Source: a virus (Duplodnaviria; Caudoviricetes). From it: a DNA stretch of 60,520 nucleotides. Positions within the stretch are counted from its first letter, which is position 1; every line of letters begins with the position of its first letter. Positions 17,279 through 25,629 of the stretch are shown here, piece by piece. Location of the stretch: the IMG/VR virus record IMGVR_UViG_3300042507_002862, positions 1 through 60,520 of that record. One strand, 5' to 3'. The translations under genes and the position numbers were made by a program. Under the pieces are notes generated by a model. The model had not been told where the DNA came from, did not search any database, and saw only the letters and a program-made list of their open reading frames with translations.

Positions 17279-17809
17279 ATGACCAAGCGAGACAGGCAAA
17301 TGAGGGAGTACGCAGCAGAGGGCGACATCGTCGCCCGGCTGCGGGAAGCCTCGCACTTCGCACTGATGGACGCCGCCCGGGAGTGGGTGCGTGAAGCCGC
17401 CGACGAGATCGAACGTCTGCGAGAGGGGCGGGTACTGGACGGCGAATCCATTGGCATATTGATTGGCGAGTGCCAAGACCTGCATGACCGCTGCATCAAC
17501 GGCGAGCCGACCGAAGAGTGGATCCCGGTGACAGAGCAGCTGCCGCCAGAGCCCGGGCGCTACGTGGCACGGCCGGACGGTGGCATGTGGTACTACTGCG
17601 ACTTCGACGGGGAATTCCTGGTTGAGAAGGGCGCGGCCCCCATCACCCACTGGATGCCCGACACCCCGCTCAGCCTAGACATGCGGCTGCAGGCACTGCC
17701 AGACCGGCTGGCTCAGGAGGTGAGAAAAGAATTGGCCTCAACTCGGTGGCGAGCCAAGGTTCAAACGAATATCATCGCCCGACTGAAGGCTGCATTGGAG
17801 AGGCGATGA
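17279..17809 (+). CDS. DUF551-like phage protein
   Basis: EAADEIERLR, WIPVTEQLP and ITHWMP motifs. Confidence 0.7.
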   Translation: MTKRDRQMREYAAEGDIVARLREASHFALMDAAREWVREAADEIERLREGRVLDGESIGILIGECQDLHDRCINGEPTEEWIPVTEQLPPEPGRYVARPDGGMWYYCDFDGEFLVEKGAAPITHWMPDTPLSLDMRLQALPDRLAQEVRKELASTRWRAKVQTNIIARLKAALERR

Positions 17810-17952
17810 GCGGGACACTGATCATAATGACAGGGGTGATTTACTTGTATGTGTCCGTTGAGCAAGGGCTTCACGGAAACGTAGGCATGTCAATCACTTA
17901 CGCCGCATACGCCGCTGCCAATGTTGGACTCTGGATGATGGCCAGTAAATAA
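17806..17952 (+). CDS. Small two-TM membrane protein
   Basis: 48 aa, hydrophobic, ATGA coupling. Confidence 0.65.
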   Translation: MSGTLIIMTGVIYLYVSVEQGLHGNVGMSITYAAYAAANVGLWMMASK

Positions 17953-17956
17953 CTCT

Positions 17957-18304
17957 CGCAACACATAGCCCCCGGATGGGCACACGGTATGAAGATCGGC
18001 CCCCCGCCGAAGGTTAGCTGTGCAAGGCTGACCGCTGCCATGGAATGGCGAAGAGGGGGCAACCCCGCTGAGACGCGCCGACAGGCAATCCAGCGGTTCG
18101 ATGTGTTTCTCTGCGGTAAAGGTGCGATGTCTTCCGACTCCGCGTCCACCGAGGCACAAGCCAATCGCAGCGCAGTGGCAGGGTTGAACTAAGGGAACTG
18201 CGTTATCAAAGGTCACACTTAGGGTAGAGGTCTGTGGCTCCAACCGTAAACAGGCTTTTGCTGACTCCTTGGAATTTTCCTTTTAGGATTTTCCAGGGAG
18301 TCGG
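17957..18304 (+). ncRNA. Candidate structured non-coding RNA of unknown family
   Basis: Gap in a dense operon filled by nested hairpins and a long-range closing stem, AACACAT(17960-66)/ATGTGTT(18101-07). Confidence 0.5.
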
Positions 18305-18340
18305 TCCAGTTCACCGCACCGAAACAGACATGGGGGTTTT

Positions 18341-18619
18341 ATGGATAAGCGTAGTCTGCCGAATCATAAGGGCTTCTTGGTCCGGTGTAACAGTCTTGGA
18401 GCCGTGAATGGCAAGTCCCATCTGTGGACCGGAGAGGATACGGTGTGCCGCATGTGGGCTACTAGCCTTGTGCAAAGCCAGAAGACCTACAAGGTCACAG
18501 CTGAACCGATGACTCAGCTTTGTGCCCTTTGTCACCCAGAGCGATACGACATGGAATTGTGGATCCGAGAGTCGGTTGCGCTGGCAGATGCACAGCCGTA
18601 TACTCTGCGGAATGAATAA
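18341..18619 (+). CDS. Hypothetical protein with a possible Zn site (H..C..CxxC)
   Basis: 92 aa; SHLW...TVC...LCALC. Confidence 0.6.
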   Translation: MDKRSLPNHKGFLVRCNSLGAVNGKSHLWTGEDTVCRMWATSLVQSQKTYKVTAEPMTQLCALCHPERYDMELWIRESVALADAQPYTLRNE

Positions 18620-19010
18620 GGCTGAGCAAAAGGAATTGCTGGCGTGGGTTGAGTTGCACCGCAGCTGTGCTGTGTGCTGGTGGCCTGAGTCTGATGGTCG
18701 GCGCGACCTGGAGGTGCATCACATCATCGGTGGTGCCGGTCGCAAGCATGATGTCAGGAATTACCTGCGCCTCTGCTCCCGATGTCACGGGGTGTATCAC
18801 AGCGGAAAGATTTTCAGTGGACAGGCCGACCTGAACAAAGCTACACTTCTAGGCGTTAAGCAAGAGTGCGACCCGGATAACTATGACCCGGTGTTTCTTG
18901 CATCGCTCAAGCACAAGAAACATTTGGGCTACGACCCGGAACCGCTGCCGGATTACTACCTCCAAGAACGCCAGCGAAACCTCACCTCATGGACGGCGCG
19001 ATCACCATGA
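18612..19010 (+). CDS. HNH-type nuclease
   Basis: CAVC..EVHHI..N.LRLCSRCH..YH. Confidence 0.8.
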   Translation: MNKAEQKELLAWVELHRSCAVCWWPESDGRRDLEVHHIIGGAGRKHDVRNYLRLCSRCHGVYHSGKIFSGQADLNKATLLGVKQECDPDNYDPVFLASLKHKKHLGYDPEPLPDYYLQERQRNLTSWTARSP

Positions 19011-19252
19011 TCACAGGCACCATGCTCCGCACGGCGAGCTACACGTTCCTGCTGTATTGGGAACCGATGGGCGCGAACACCGACCTCAACATGGGCGGGC
19101 GTGTCGGTCGCTGGCTCAGCCAGAACGAGAAGGCCATCGACAAACTGAAGTGCGGGATGGATGCCATAAAGCTACTGGCAGAACAGTTCCCCAGCCTCAC
19201 GCTAGTGGAGGCCCGCCATTCCAACGGCCTGCTCGCGAGGTATCAGAAATGA
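19007..19252 (+). CDS. Hypothetical protein
   Basis: 81 aa, ATGA coupling on both sides. Confidence 0.6.
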   Translation: MITGTMLRTASYTFLLYWEPMGANTDLNMGGRVGRWLSQNEKAIDKLKCGMDAIKLLAEQFPSLTLVEARHSNGLLARYQK

Positions 19253-19740
19253 ACTCACGTTCCAAAGGTTGCCGCGGGGAACTGGAAGCCTCCAAAGTTT
19301 GGGCGCATGTCATGGGCGGGAAGGCGCGCCGGGGCCAGCAATTTGCCGGGGGAAACGACTCGCCGGACGTGGTCAGCGACTACCCGGGCATTCACCTAGA
19401 GGTGAAGCGATGCGAGCGCGGTAACCCGTATGACTGGGTGTACCAAGCGACCCGAGACGCCAAGGGTAAATGCCCTGTTGTCTTGCACCGCCGAAACAAC
19501 CAGCCTTGGCTACTGATCCTGGAGTTGACCGATGCCCCGAGATTCCTGCTGGAGGCGCAAGCTGGCCCGCAAGCTGAAGGTGTGGGCGGAGGAGCGGTTC
19601 CCCTGCACGTTCCCGGTGAGGGTGTGCGTCCGGCCGGCGGCGGGAATGCCGGAACACCTGGGGTATTTCGCACTGAACGACGATGCCGACCGCGGGGTGA
19701 TCGCCCTGCGCGACAGCCTAGATCGGGACGCACTGGTTGA
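19249..19740 (+). CDS. Holliday-junction resolvase (Hjc-like PD-(D/E)XK)
   Basis: MNSRSKG.RGE...SPDV...EVKR signature. Confidence 0.8.
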   Translation: MNSRSKGCRGELEASKVWAHVMGGKARRGQQFAGGNDSPDVVSDYPGIHLEVKRCERGNPYDWVYQATRDAKGKCPVVLHRRNNQPWLLILELTDAPRFLLEAQAGPQAEGVGGGAVPLHVPGEGVRPAGGGNAGTPGVFRTERRCRPRGDRPARQPRSGRTG

Positions 19741-19885
19741 GACTTTCGCGGAGGAGTGGGCGCACGCCCGCACTGCATTTCTGTGTGACGAGGAGGAGCT
19801 AGACAACGATGACCCCTACCACCATCCAAGTTTCTGGGCCGAGTTCGGCCGAATCGTTAAGGCTTGCCGAGAGCGCACTTGGTGA
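19532..19885 (+). CDS. Zincin-like (ImmA/IrrE-type) protein with an EExxH variant motif
   Basis: I.L...L......ETFAEEWAHA; downstream HHP.FW. Confidence 0.5.
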   Translation: MPRDSCWRRKLARKLKVWAEERFPCTFPVRVCVRPAAGMPEHLGYFALNDDADRGVIALRDSLDRDALVETFAEEWAHARTAFLCDEEELDNDDPYHHPSFWAEFGRIVKACRERTW

Positions 19886-20210
19886 GGCCCTGGCCCTCTC
19901 CCCCGACGATCCCTACCTACCCATCTGCGTTGAGCTATGGCGCCTCCTGAGCAGGAAGCGGGGGTACTACGGGTGTGCGGAGGAAAGCCCCCTAGAGAAC
20001 GCGCTAGGCGTTGCAGAGGACGGCATCGAACCGTGGGTTTACCAGCTTGCCAGGATCGGGGAGAAGTGCCGCCGCCTCCGGGGGATGATCGGGTCTGACA
20101 GGACACTAGCTATTAGAGAAACGCTGGCCGACATCGCCGGCCACGCCATTGTGGCCATCGCAATCAATGACAACGTGGGAGAGGATCATGCTCAACGTGA
20201 AGGTAATTAA
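19809..20210 (+). CDS. DUF1599 / nucleotide-modification-associated-domain-like protein
   Basis: K..YG, RIGEK..RL and ETLADIAGHA pattern; start uncertain. Confidence 0.55.
   Translation: MTPTTIQVSGPSSAESLRLAESALGEALALSPDDPYLPICVELWRLLSRKRGYYGCAEESPLENALGVAEDGIEPWVYQLARIGEKCRRLRGMIGSDRTLAIRETLADIAGHAIVAIAINDNVGEDHAQREGN
20101..20116 (+). promoter_or_regulatory. Putative phage late promoter GGACACT-N6-TAG
   Basis: About 70 nt upstream of the membrane/protease cassette. Confidence 0.5.
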
Positions 20211-20544
20211 GTTCCTGCTGGCCAACCAGGCTGCGCTCCTGCAGGTGGTTGCCATTGCCAAGTCTTGGCGCAAAGACCTGCCCTACGTGGAGCAATGGGC
20301 GCTGGTCGATTCGATTGCCCGCGTGCTGATCCCGATCCTGGAAGCGCAGGCCGTGTCGGTTAAGGCGCTAACGAAGCACCGCTTCCATGATGAGGACTTT
20401 GAAGAGACTGACTACGAAGCCCTGGCCTTCAGCACTGGCGTGGAGTTTGCCGCTCTCGGCATCGACTGGAAGTTGCTGATCGATGTGATCATCCCCATTA
20501 TTATTTCGATCCTCAAGGCACTTGCCGCTGGCAAAGAAGAGTGA
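20188..20544 (+). CDS. Membrane protein with a C-terminal TM helix
   Basis: 118 aa; WKLLIDVIIPIIISILKALA. Confidence 0.7.
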   Translation: MLNVKVIKFLLANQAALLQVVAIAKSWRKDLPYVEQWALVDSIARVLIPILEAQAVSVKALTKHRFHDEDFEETDYEALAFSTGVEFAALGIDWKLLIDVIIPIIISILKALAAGKEE

Positions 20545-21482
20545 GCGGGTTCGTCCATCTCCCACCCTACCGGGTCAACCTAGACGCCCCTCGCGCTCTC
20601 CAGCATGGTGTTGACTGGGGTGTCTGTTCCTACGGGATCCCCTCTCTGTGGCAGAAGTCACAGGGCGAAGGCGTGACGGTGGCGGTGATCGACAGTGGCG
20701 TGGCCAAGCACCCTGCCCTGGACGATGCGGTGGTTGACTACCGCAACTTCACCAGCGACTCCGATGCCCATGACACGCTCGGTCATGGCACGCATGTGAG
20801 TGGGATCATCGCCGCCCGCAGCGGGCTGGCCAAAGGGATTGCCCCCGCCTCCAAGATCCTGTCGCTGAAGGTCTTGGGGCACAGCGGCATGGGAAGCAAC
20901 GAGTGGGTGGCGCAGGCCGTGCGTCATGCCGTCGAAGCCAAGGCGCAGATCATCTCCATGTCCTTGGGGTCTAGCCGCACGGACGATGGGGTGCATACCG
21001 CCCTGCGAGAAGCGTACGCCGCCGGCATTGTGGTGGTCTGTGCTGCAGGAAACGACGGTGGCTCGGTCAACTACCCTGCTGCCTACCAAGAAACGGTGGC
21101 CGTTGGTGCGGTCGATAGCCACGGCAATGCCTGTGAGTTCTCCAGCCGCGGGAAGGAGATCGCGGTCGCAGCACCAGGGCAGGACATCACCAGCACATGG
21201 CTGGCCAATGGCTATGCCACCGTGAGCGGTACAAGCATGGCCGCGCCGTTCGTCTCCGGTGTGCTGGCCTTGTACATCAGCGCACAGCACAAGCTGGATC
21301 GCACCGTCAACCATGCCGATGTGATGAAGGCACTGTCCACCACCTGCAAGGACGTTGGCGAGCAAGGCCATGACCACGTCTACGGCTGGGGCTTGGTCGA
21401 TCCGCACAAGCTGCTGAACTTCACCATGCAGGCGAACATCGGCGGCGTCACCATCTTCATCCCCGGAGCCAAGATCCTATGA
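20541..21482 (+). CDS. Subtilisin-like serine protease (S8)
   Basis: Complete triad VAVIDSG / GHGTHVSG / GTSMAAP and oxyanion motif AAGN; no signal peptide or I9 propeptide. Confidence 0.95.
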   Translation: MSGFVHLPPYRVNLDAPRALQHGVDWGVCSYGIPSLWQKSQGEGVTVAVIDSGVAKHPALDDAVVDYRNFTSDSDAHDTLGHGTHVSGIIAARSGLAKGIAPASKILSLKVLGHSGMGSNEWVAQAVRHAVEAKAQIISMSLGSSRTDDGVHTALREAYAAGIVVVCAAGNDGGSVNYPAAYQETVAVGAVDSHGNACEFSSRGKEIAVAAPGQDITSTWLANGYATVSGTSMAAPFVSGVLALYISAQHKLDRTVNHADVMKALSTTCKDVGEQGHDHVYGWGLVDPHKLLNFTMQANIGGVTIFIPGAKIL

Positions 21483-21691
21483 CCACAGTTCAGATCCTCG
21501 CCCTCGTCGCCGTGCTGGTTGCCGTAGTCCTGACCTACCTGCCCCTCCACACCCTGAAGCTGCCGGCCGGCAAGCCGTCTGTGCTGAAGCAGATCGAAGC
21601 GGTTGTCGCCATCCGCGACTCGCGCACCGACGAGCCAGTGGTTACTGCATGCAACACCCTCCTCGCTGCCCTGCTCCAGGTGAAGCCATGA
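21479..21691 (+). CDS. Small protein with an N-terminal TM helix
   Basis: 70 aa; ILALVAVLVAVVLTYL. Confidence 0.7.
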   Translation: MTTVQILALVAVLVAVVLTYLPLHTLKLPAGKPSVLKQIEAVVAIRDSRTDEPVVTACNTLLAALLQVKP

Positions 21692-22077
21692 AGCATCTGC
21701 CCGTGATCATAGCGGTGGTGGTAGCGGCGCTGGCCTTTGTGCCCGCCGCCAAGAAAGCGGACGGCCCGGTCGCAGCTGCGATGGCAAGTGCCAGCCGATC
21801 TGACCGCGCCCACCTGAAGGGAATCTACCTGTCGCTGGCCGATGTCACTGAGAAGGACAACGGCAAACTCATCAGCACCGTAGGCATGTGGCGACAGCTG
21901 CATATCAACACGCTGAAGCTGGCCGCTGCAGACATGCGTGGCAAGTACGCTGGGCTGGACGTTGCCGTTGAGAAGGTGATGGCCGAGAAGTTCCCGATGG
22001 ATGATGTACCACTTAGCACCTCGCTAGTGAACCAGATCGCAGCTGCATGCCGGGAGGTCGCGAAGCAGAGTGAGTGA
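21688..22077 (+). CDS. Exported or membrane-anchored helical protein
   Basis: 129 aa; MKHLPVIIAVVVAALAFVPA signal sequence. Confidence 0.7.
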   Translation: MKHLPVIIAVVVAALAFVPAAKKADGPVAAAMASASRSDRAHLKGIYLSLADVTEKDNGKLISTVGMWRQLHINTLKLAAADMRGKYAGLDVAVEKVMAEKFPMDDVPLSTSLVNQIAAACREVAKQSE

Positions 22078-24205
22078 CTTCGTACCGCTCAAAGCCTACG
22101 ACGATGGCATGCAGGGCTGGATCAACAGCGCCCGCGAGCGCGTCTTATGGCAGGAGTCCCAGCCCCGGCCGATCTACTCTGAGCCGAATAGCATGGGGTC
22201 CGGCGACGGCAAGCGTGCCCTGCTCTGGCAGTACGTTCGCAAGCTAGACCCACTGTCGTTCACGGAAGTTCAGACGGTAGGAGATTGCTTCGTTGCGGGC
22301 ACCTTGGTTCGCATGGGCGACGGGACCGAAAAGCCCATCGAAGCTATCTCAACAGGCGATGAGGTGGCGTCCCCATTTGGTGGCATTCGCAGGGTACTGT
22401 CTGTCTTTAGCAAGCCGTACCAAGGCACCGTATGCAGCCTTACCGCGGAAGGCTGTATGGATTCCGTGACGGCAACCGAAGACCACCGCTTTGTGTCGTT
22501 TGTTAACAAACAAGAGTTCATCTGGGAGTCTGCTGGTGGCCTGTCTGTTAGTGACCGCATGTTCGTACCGCGCACAGAAATTACCAGAGAAGCGCCGCAT
22601 GTGTTTGACCTATCTGGCGAGCATGGCTGCGCCTCCGATCCGAACGAATTACCCGACGCGCCTACACACAACAGCCGCAGGCTGAAAGCTGATGACGGCA
22701 TGGTGCGCGTCACAAATGGAAAGTATCAGTGCCGCCGACACGTTGAGCTAGACGCAGAAGTGGCATGGCTTATTGGTCTATGGCTGGCGGAAGGGTCTAC
22801 CGACAAAAACAAGAACGGCGAACCAATATCGTTGACGCTCAACTTGGCAAGCGACGAAATGCTGATAGCCAGCAAGGCCAAGAGCATTGTTCAGTCTCGT
22901 TTCGGAACGCCTGCCAAGATCGTAACCATTCCATCAAAGCCGTCTTGCCTGTTTGTTAACATCGCAAGCACGCCGCTGGCTCGCTTAGTGTACCGCATCT
23001 GCGGAAACGGGAACGTGTACAACAAGCGAGTGCCAAAAGAGATACTGACTTCCTGCCGGTCGGTGCGCATGGCATGTCTGCGGGGATGGATGGAAGGCGA
23101 CGGTTGCGTGATGAACAAGCCACGCTCTGGTCGGCCTCAGTACAAAATGTGCAAGGCAAGCGGCGTCTCTGTATGCCGCCCGCTTGTGCGAGACATGAAA
23201 TACCTGGCGGTTTCCTGCGGCGTGCGATGCACGGACACGGCACGCAAGGCGCGCGGGCGTTCACGCGCGGCATCAGAGCTTCACTTCTACGGAGAAGGCG
23301 CGGTGGCTGTTATGCCGTCGCGCTTAAAGACACCAGCGGCAACACGCGGTTCGACTGTGTGGCGAGTGGCTGGTGGGTTTGCTCCGCGAGTCAAATCCAA
23401 TGTCCGCTCGCAGTTTGCAGGCACCGTGTACTGCATAGAAGTTGAAGAGGATCACGCCTTCGTTGCTAACGGATACGCCGTTCACAACTGTGTCAGCCAC
23501 TCCAGTCGGAACGCCCGGGATTGCACGCGCGCGGTGCAGGTATTGCTAGAGAACAGGCCAGAGTCTTTCGTTAAGCGCGGCGCAACGGAGCCCACCTACG
23601 GGGCGCGTGGCCACAGCGGCGAGGGCATGGTCCCCGCCAGGGCGGCGACGTTTGAAAGGGATGTGGGTTTCTGCATCCGGCAGAAGTACGAACCAGTTGA
23701 TCTCTCCAAGTACAACGGCAACATCGGCACCAACTGGGGATCGTCCGGCGTGCCCAACGCAGTTGCAGACATCTGCCGCCAGCACAAGGTGGGGATCATT
23801 CGACAGATCACCACCGTGCGCGATGCGATGGACGCACTGGCCAGTGGGTACGGCCTTCACTCAGGTCAGTACGCCAAGTGGGCTGGCTCACCCAACTCAC
23901 AGAACATCCATCCGCGACAGGCGGGCGGCTGGTCGCACGCAATGGCCACAGTCGGAATGGACGACACCAAAGAGTTCTGGCCGTTCACTGTATTTTTTAT
24001 CGCCAATTCTTGGGGCGGTTGGAACCAGCCAGTGAAAGACTGGCCGTCCTCCTACCCAGAACAAGTACCAGGGATGATCGTCACCAAGGCAGATGACTGG
24101 GCCGTGTGCGTCACCGATGGTGACTGCTGGGCCTACGGAAACGTCGATGGATTCCCCCCTCAGAAGCTGCCCGACTACGGCGCTATCGGACTACTGCAGA
24201 CATGA
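22070..24205 (+). CDS. Papain-like cysteine peptidase (C1-like) precursor containing an intein
   Basis: The spliced extein reads Q-T-V-G-D-C-V-S (Gln plus catalytic Cys), SHAM..VG (His) and ANSWG (Asn); 310 aa after splicing. Confidence 0.85.
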   Translation: MSDFVPLKAYDDGMQGWINSARERVLWQESQPRPIYSEPNSMGSGDGKRALLWQYVRKLDPLSFTEVQTVGDCFVAGTLVRMGDGTEKPIEAISTGDEVASPFGGIRRVLSVFSKPYQGTVCSLTAEGCMDSVTATEDHRFVSFVNKQEFIWESAGGLSVSDRMFVPRTEITREAPHVFDLSGEHGCASDPNELPDAPTHNSRRLKADDGMVRVTNGKYQCRRHVELDAEVAWLIGLWLAEGSTDKNKNGEPISLTLNLASDEMLIASKAKSIVQSRFGTPAKIVTIPSKPSCLFVNIASTPLARLVYRICGNGNVYNKRVPKEILTSCRSVRMACLRGWMEGDGCVMNKPRSGRPQYKMCKASGVSVCRPLVRDMKYLAVSCGVRCTDTARKARGRSRAASELHFYGEGAVAVMPSRLKTPAATRGSTVWRVAGGFAPRVKSNVRSQFAGTVYCIEVEEDHAFVANGYAVHNCVSHSSRNARDCTRAVQVLLENRPESFVKRGATEPTYGARGHSGEGMVPARAATFERDVGFCIRQKYEPVDLSKYNGNIGTNWGSSGVPNAVADICRQHKVGIIRQITTVRDAMDALASGYGLHSGQYAKWAGSPNSQNIHPRQAGGWSHAMATVGMDDTKEFWPFTVFFIANSWGGWNQPVKDWPSSYPEQVPGMIVTKADDWAVCVTDGDCWAYGNVDGFPPQKLPDYGAIGLLQT
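22286..23488 (+). mobile_element. Intein with LAGLIDADG homing endonuclease (401 aa)
   Basis: Block A CFVAGT, block B TEDHRF, WLIGLWLAEGS and LRGWMEGDG motifs, block F VYCIEVEEDHAF, block G VHN/C. Confidence 0.95.
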
Positions 24206-24453
24206 TCAGCATCATCTTCTCCCTCCTGTTTCCGGTGCCCTCGTTCCCCGAAAGGGTCGCAGTTGAGGCAGCGTACGTGATCACCACCTACACGGCACCC
24301 AAGGCCAAGTGCTGTGGCGCATGCAAGAACGGGAAGATCACGCACGGGGATGGGCATGTGACCGACTGCCCCTGCCCTGCCGACTGCAAGTGCCGCACCA
24401 AGTCTGTGCTTATCCCACTCAAGGACTGCAAGACATGCTTGCCACTGAAATAG
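24202..24453 (+). CDS. Small exported Cys-rich protein
   Basis: Hydrophobic N-terminus; CCGAC.NG.I..GDGH...CPC..DCKC..CKTC. Confidence 0.65.
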   Translation: MISIIFSLLFPVPSFPERVAVEAAYVITTYTAPKAKCCGACKNGKITHGDGHVTDCPCPADCKCRTKSVLIPLKDCKTCLPLK

Positions 24454-24740
24454 CGAACCGCTGCGCCCAAGAGACGGGCGCCGGCCGCATGTCCAGGCAC
24501 AGCGAAGAGGTTGCGCTGATCGCAATCGCCACGGCCAACCCCGACCGGCGCGCTTGGAAGCAGCAGATCCGCAGTGAGTTCCGTGCCCGCCACCCTGAGT
24601 GCGGGTCGGTCCTTCTGATGATCCTTCTGCCCGTCATCATCAACCTCATCAGTGCATGGCTAGCCAAATGGATTTTCAGCGAACACCCCGCAAGCCTGGA
24701 TCATCTGAAGATGGAAGCGAATACCGCTTTGAAGTCATAG
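24435..24740 (+). CDS. Membrane protein
   Basis: 101 aa; VLLMILLPVIINLISAWL TM segment. Confidence 0.65.
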   Translation: MLATEIANRCAQETGAGRMSRHSEEVALIAIATANPDRRAWKQQIRSEFRARHPECGSVLLMILLPVIINLISAWLAKWIFSEHPASLDHLKMEANTALKS

Positions 24741-24895
24741 CCCGGTACGACGGGCACACGCACATGTATACGTACCCCGAAAGCGAAACCTCCAAGGCCA
24801 CACGCATGATCAAACTGCATGTGGAAGAGGGGCAGCTGCATCCCTATGCGGGACTCATGTTGATCTCAATGGTGCGAGGGGTAGATGTCTCCTGA
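24668..24895 (+). CDS. Hypothetical protein
   Basis: Fills the gap in the operon; start uncertain. Confidence 0.45.
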   Translation: MDFQRTPRKPGSSEDGSEYRFEVIARYDGHTHMYTYPESETSKATRMIKLHVEEGQLHPYAGLMLISMVRGVDVS

Positions 24896-25112
24896 AACTG
24901 AACTGTGGATGCTCGGCATATCGGTTGCCGCAGCCGTCATCCCGTGGGCTTTCAGCCTGCATGCCAAGGTCGCGGTCATCGCCAATAGCGTGGAGAGTTT
25001 GCCCCGCATGCTGGACGAACTGCGACAGACGATAGAGGAACATGAGGTTCGTCTCAATCAGCATGACAAAAAGATTGAAGCTCTCGGCCAAGCGTCAACG
25101 ACTGGTCGTTGA
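24885..25112 (+). CDS. N-terminal TM plus coiled-coil protein (holin/spanin-like architecture)
   Basis: 75 aa; LWMLGISVAAAVIPWAF followed by a heptad pattern. Confidence 0.55.
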   Translation: MSPETELWMLGISVAAAVIPWAFSLHAKVAVIANSVESLPRMLDELRQTIEEHEVRLNQHDKKIEALGQASTTGR

Positions 25113-25629
25113 GTACATGCCGCTAGCAGAAATGCTGGCCAAGTATTTCCTGCAGAACCGCCCGCACTGGCAGCGAGGCGTGCTAGTAGCAGACCTGCAG
25201 AGCGAAGGCTACCTCGCCATCTGCAAAGCGGCTCGCACCTATGATCCCAAGCGACTGCCCTACCCAAAGGCGTACTTCGCACGGGCCTGCCTCAATGCGA
25301 TGTACAAGCAGATCAAGAAGTTGAGCCGTCAGCCTGGCGACATACGCATCACGCTGGAAGAAGCGGCCGACCTGCTGCCAGAGTTCGACCATTTGGATCA
25401 CATCAGACTGGCGATAGCTGATCTCCCAGAGTGGGAGCAAGAGCTAGCTACCGACAGGTTCATCCACGGCAAGACACTCAGAGCGCTGGCTGAGTCGCAT
25501 GAAATTTCGCTTCGCGCTGCTGCTCGGCGGTCCACTGCTCTGGCGAAAGTCTTGGCGGGATCCTTGGGTATCCAGCTACCGCAGCCCGGTGCAGATTCCT
25601 TGTGTCAGTCAGGCCATAGTAGCCCCTGA
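25063..25629 (+). CDS. Phage-encoded sigma70-family factor (region 2 plus region 4; FliA/SigF-like)
   Basis: LVVEYMPLA..., DLQSEGYLAICKAARTYDP; region-4 HTH LPEWEQEL...GKTLRALAE. Confidence 0.85.
   Translation: MTKRLKLSAKRQRLVVEYMPLAEMLAKYFLQNRPHWQRGVLVADLQSEGYLAICKAARTYDPKRLPYPKAYFARACLNAMYKQIKKLSRQPGDIRITLEEAADLLPEFDHLDHIRLAIADLPEWEQELATDRFIHGKTLRALAESHEISLRAAARRSTALAKVLAGSLGIQLPQPGADSLCQSGHSSP

Noticed and set aside
17957-18304. Group I intron or hammerhead ribozyme
   Set aside because: An AATCCAGCGG segment loosely resembles the Q element, but no R/S (P7) elements, CUGANGA/GAAA core or interrupted host gene could be found.
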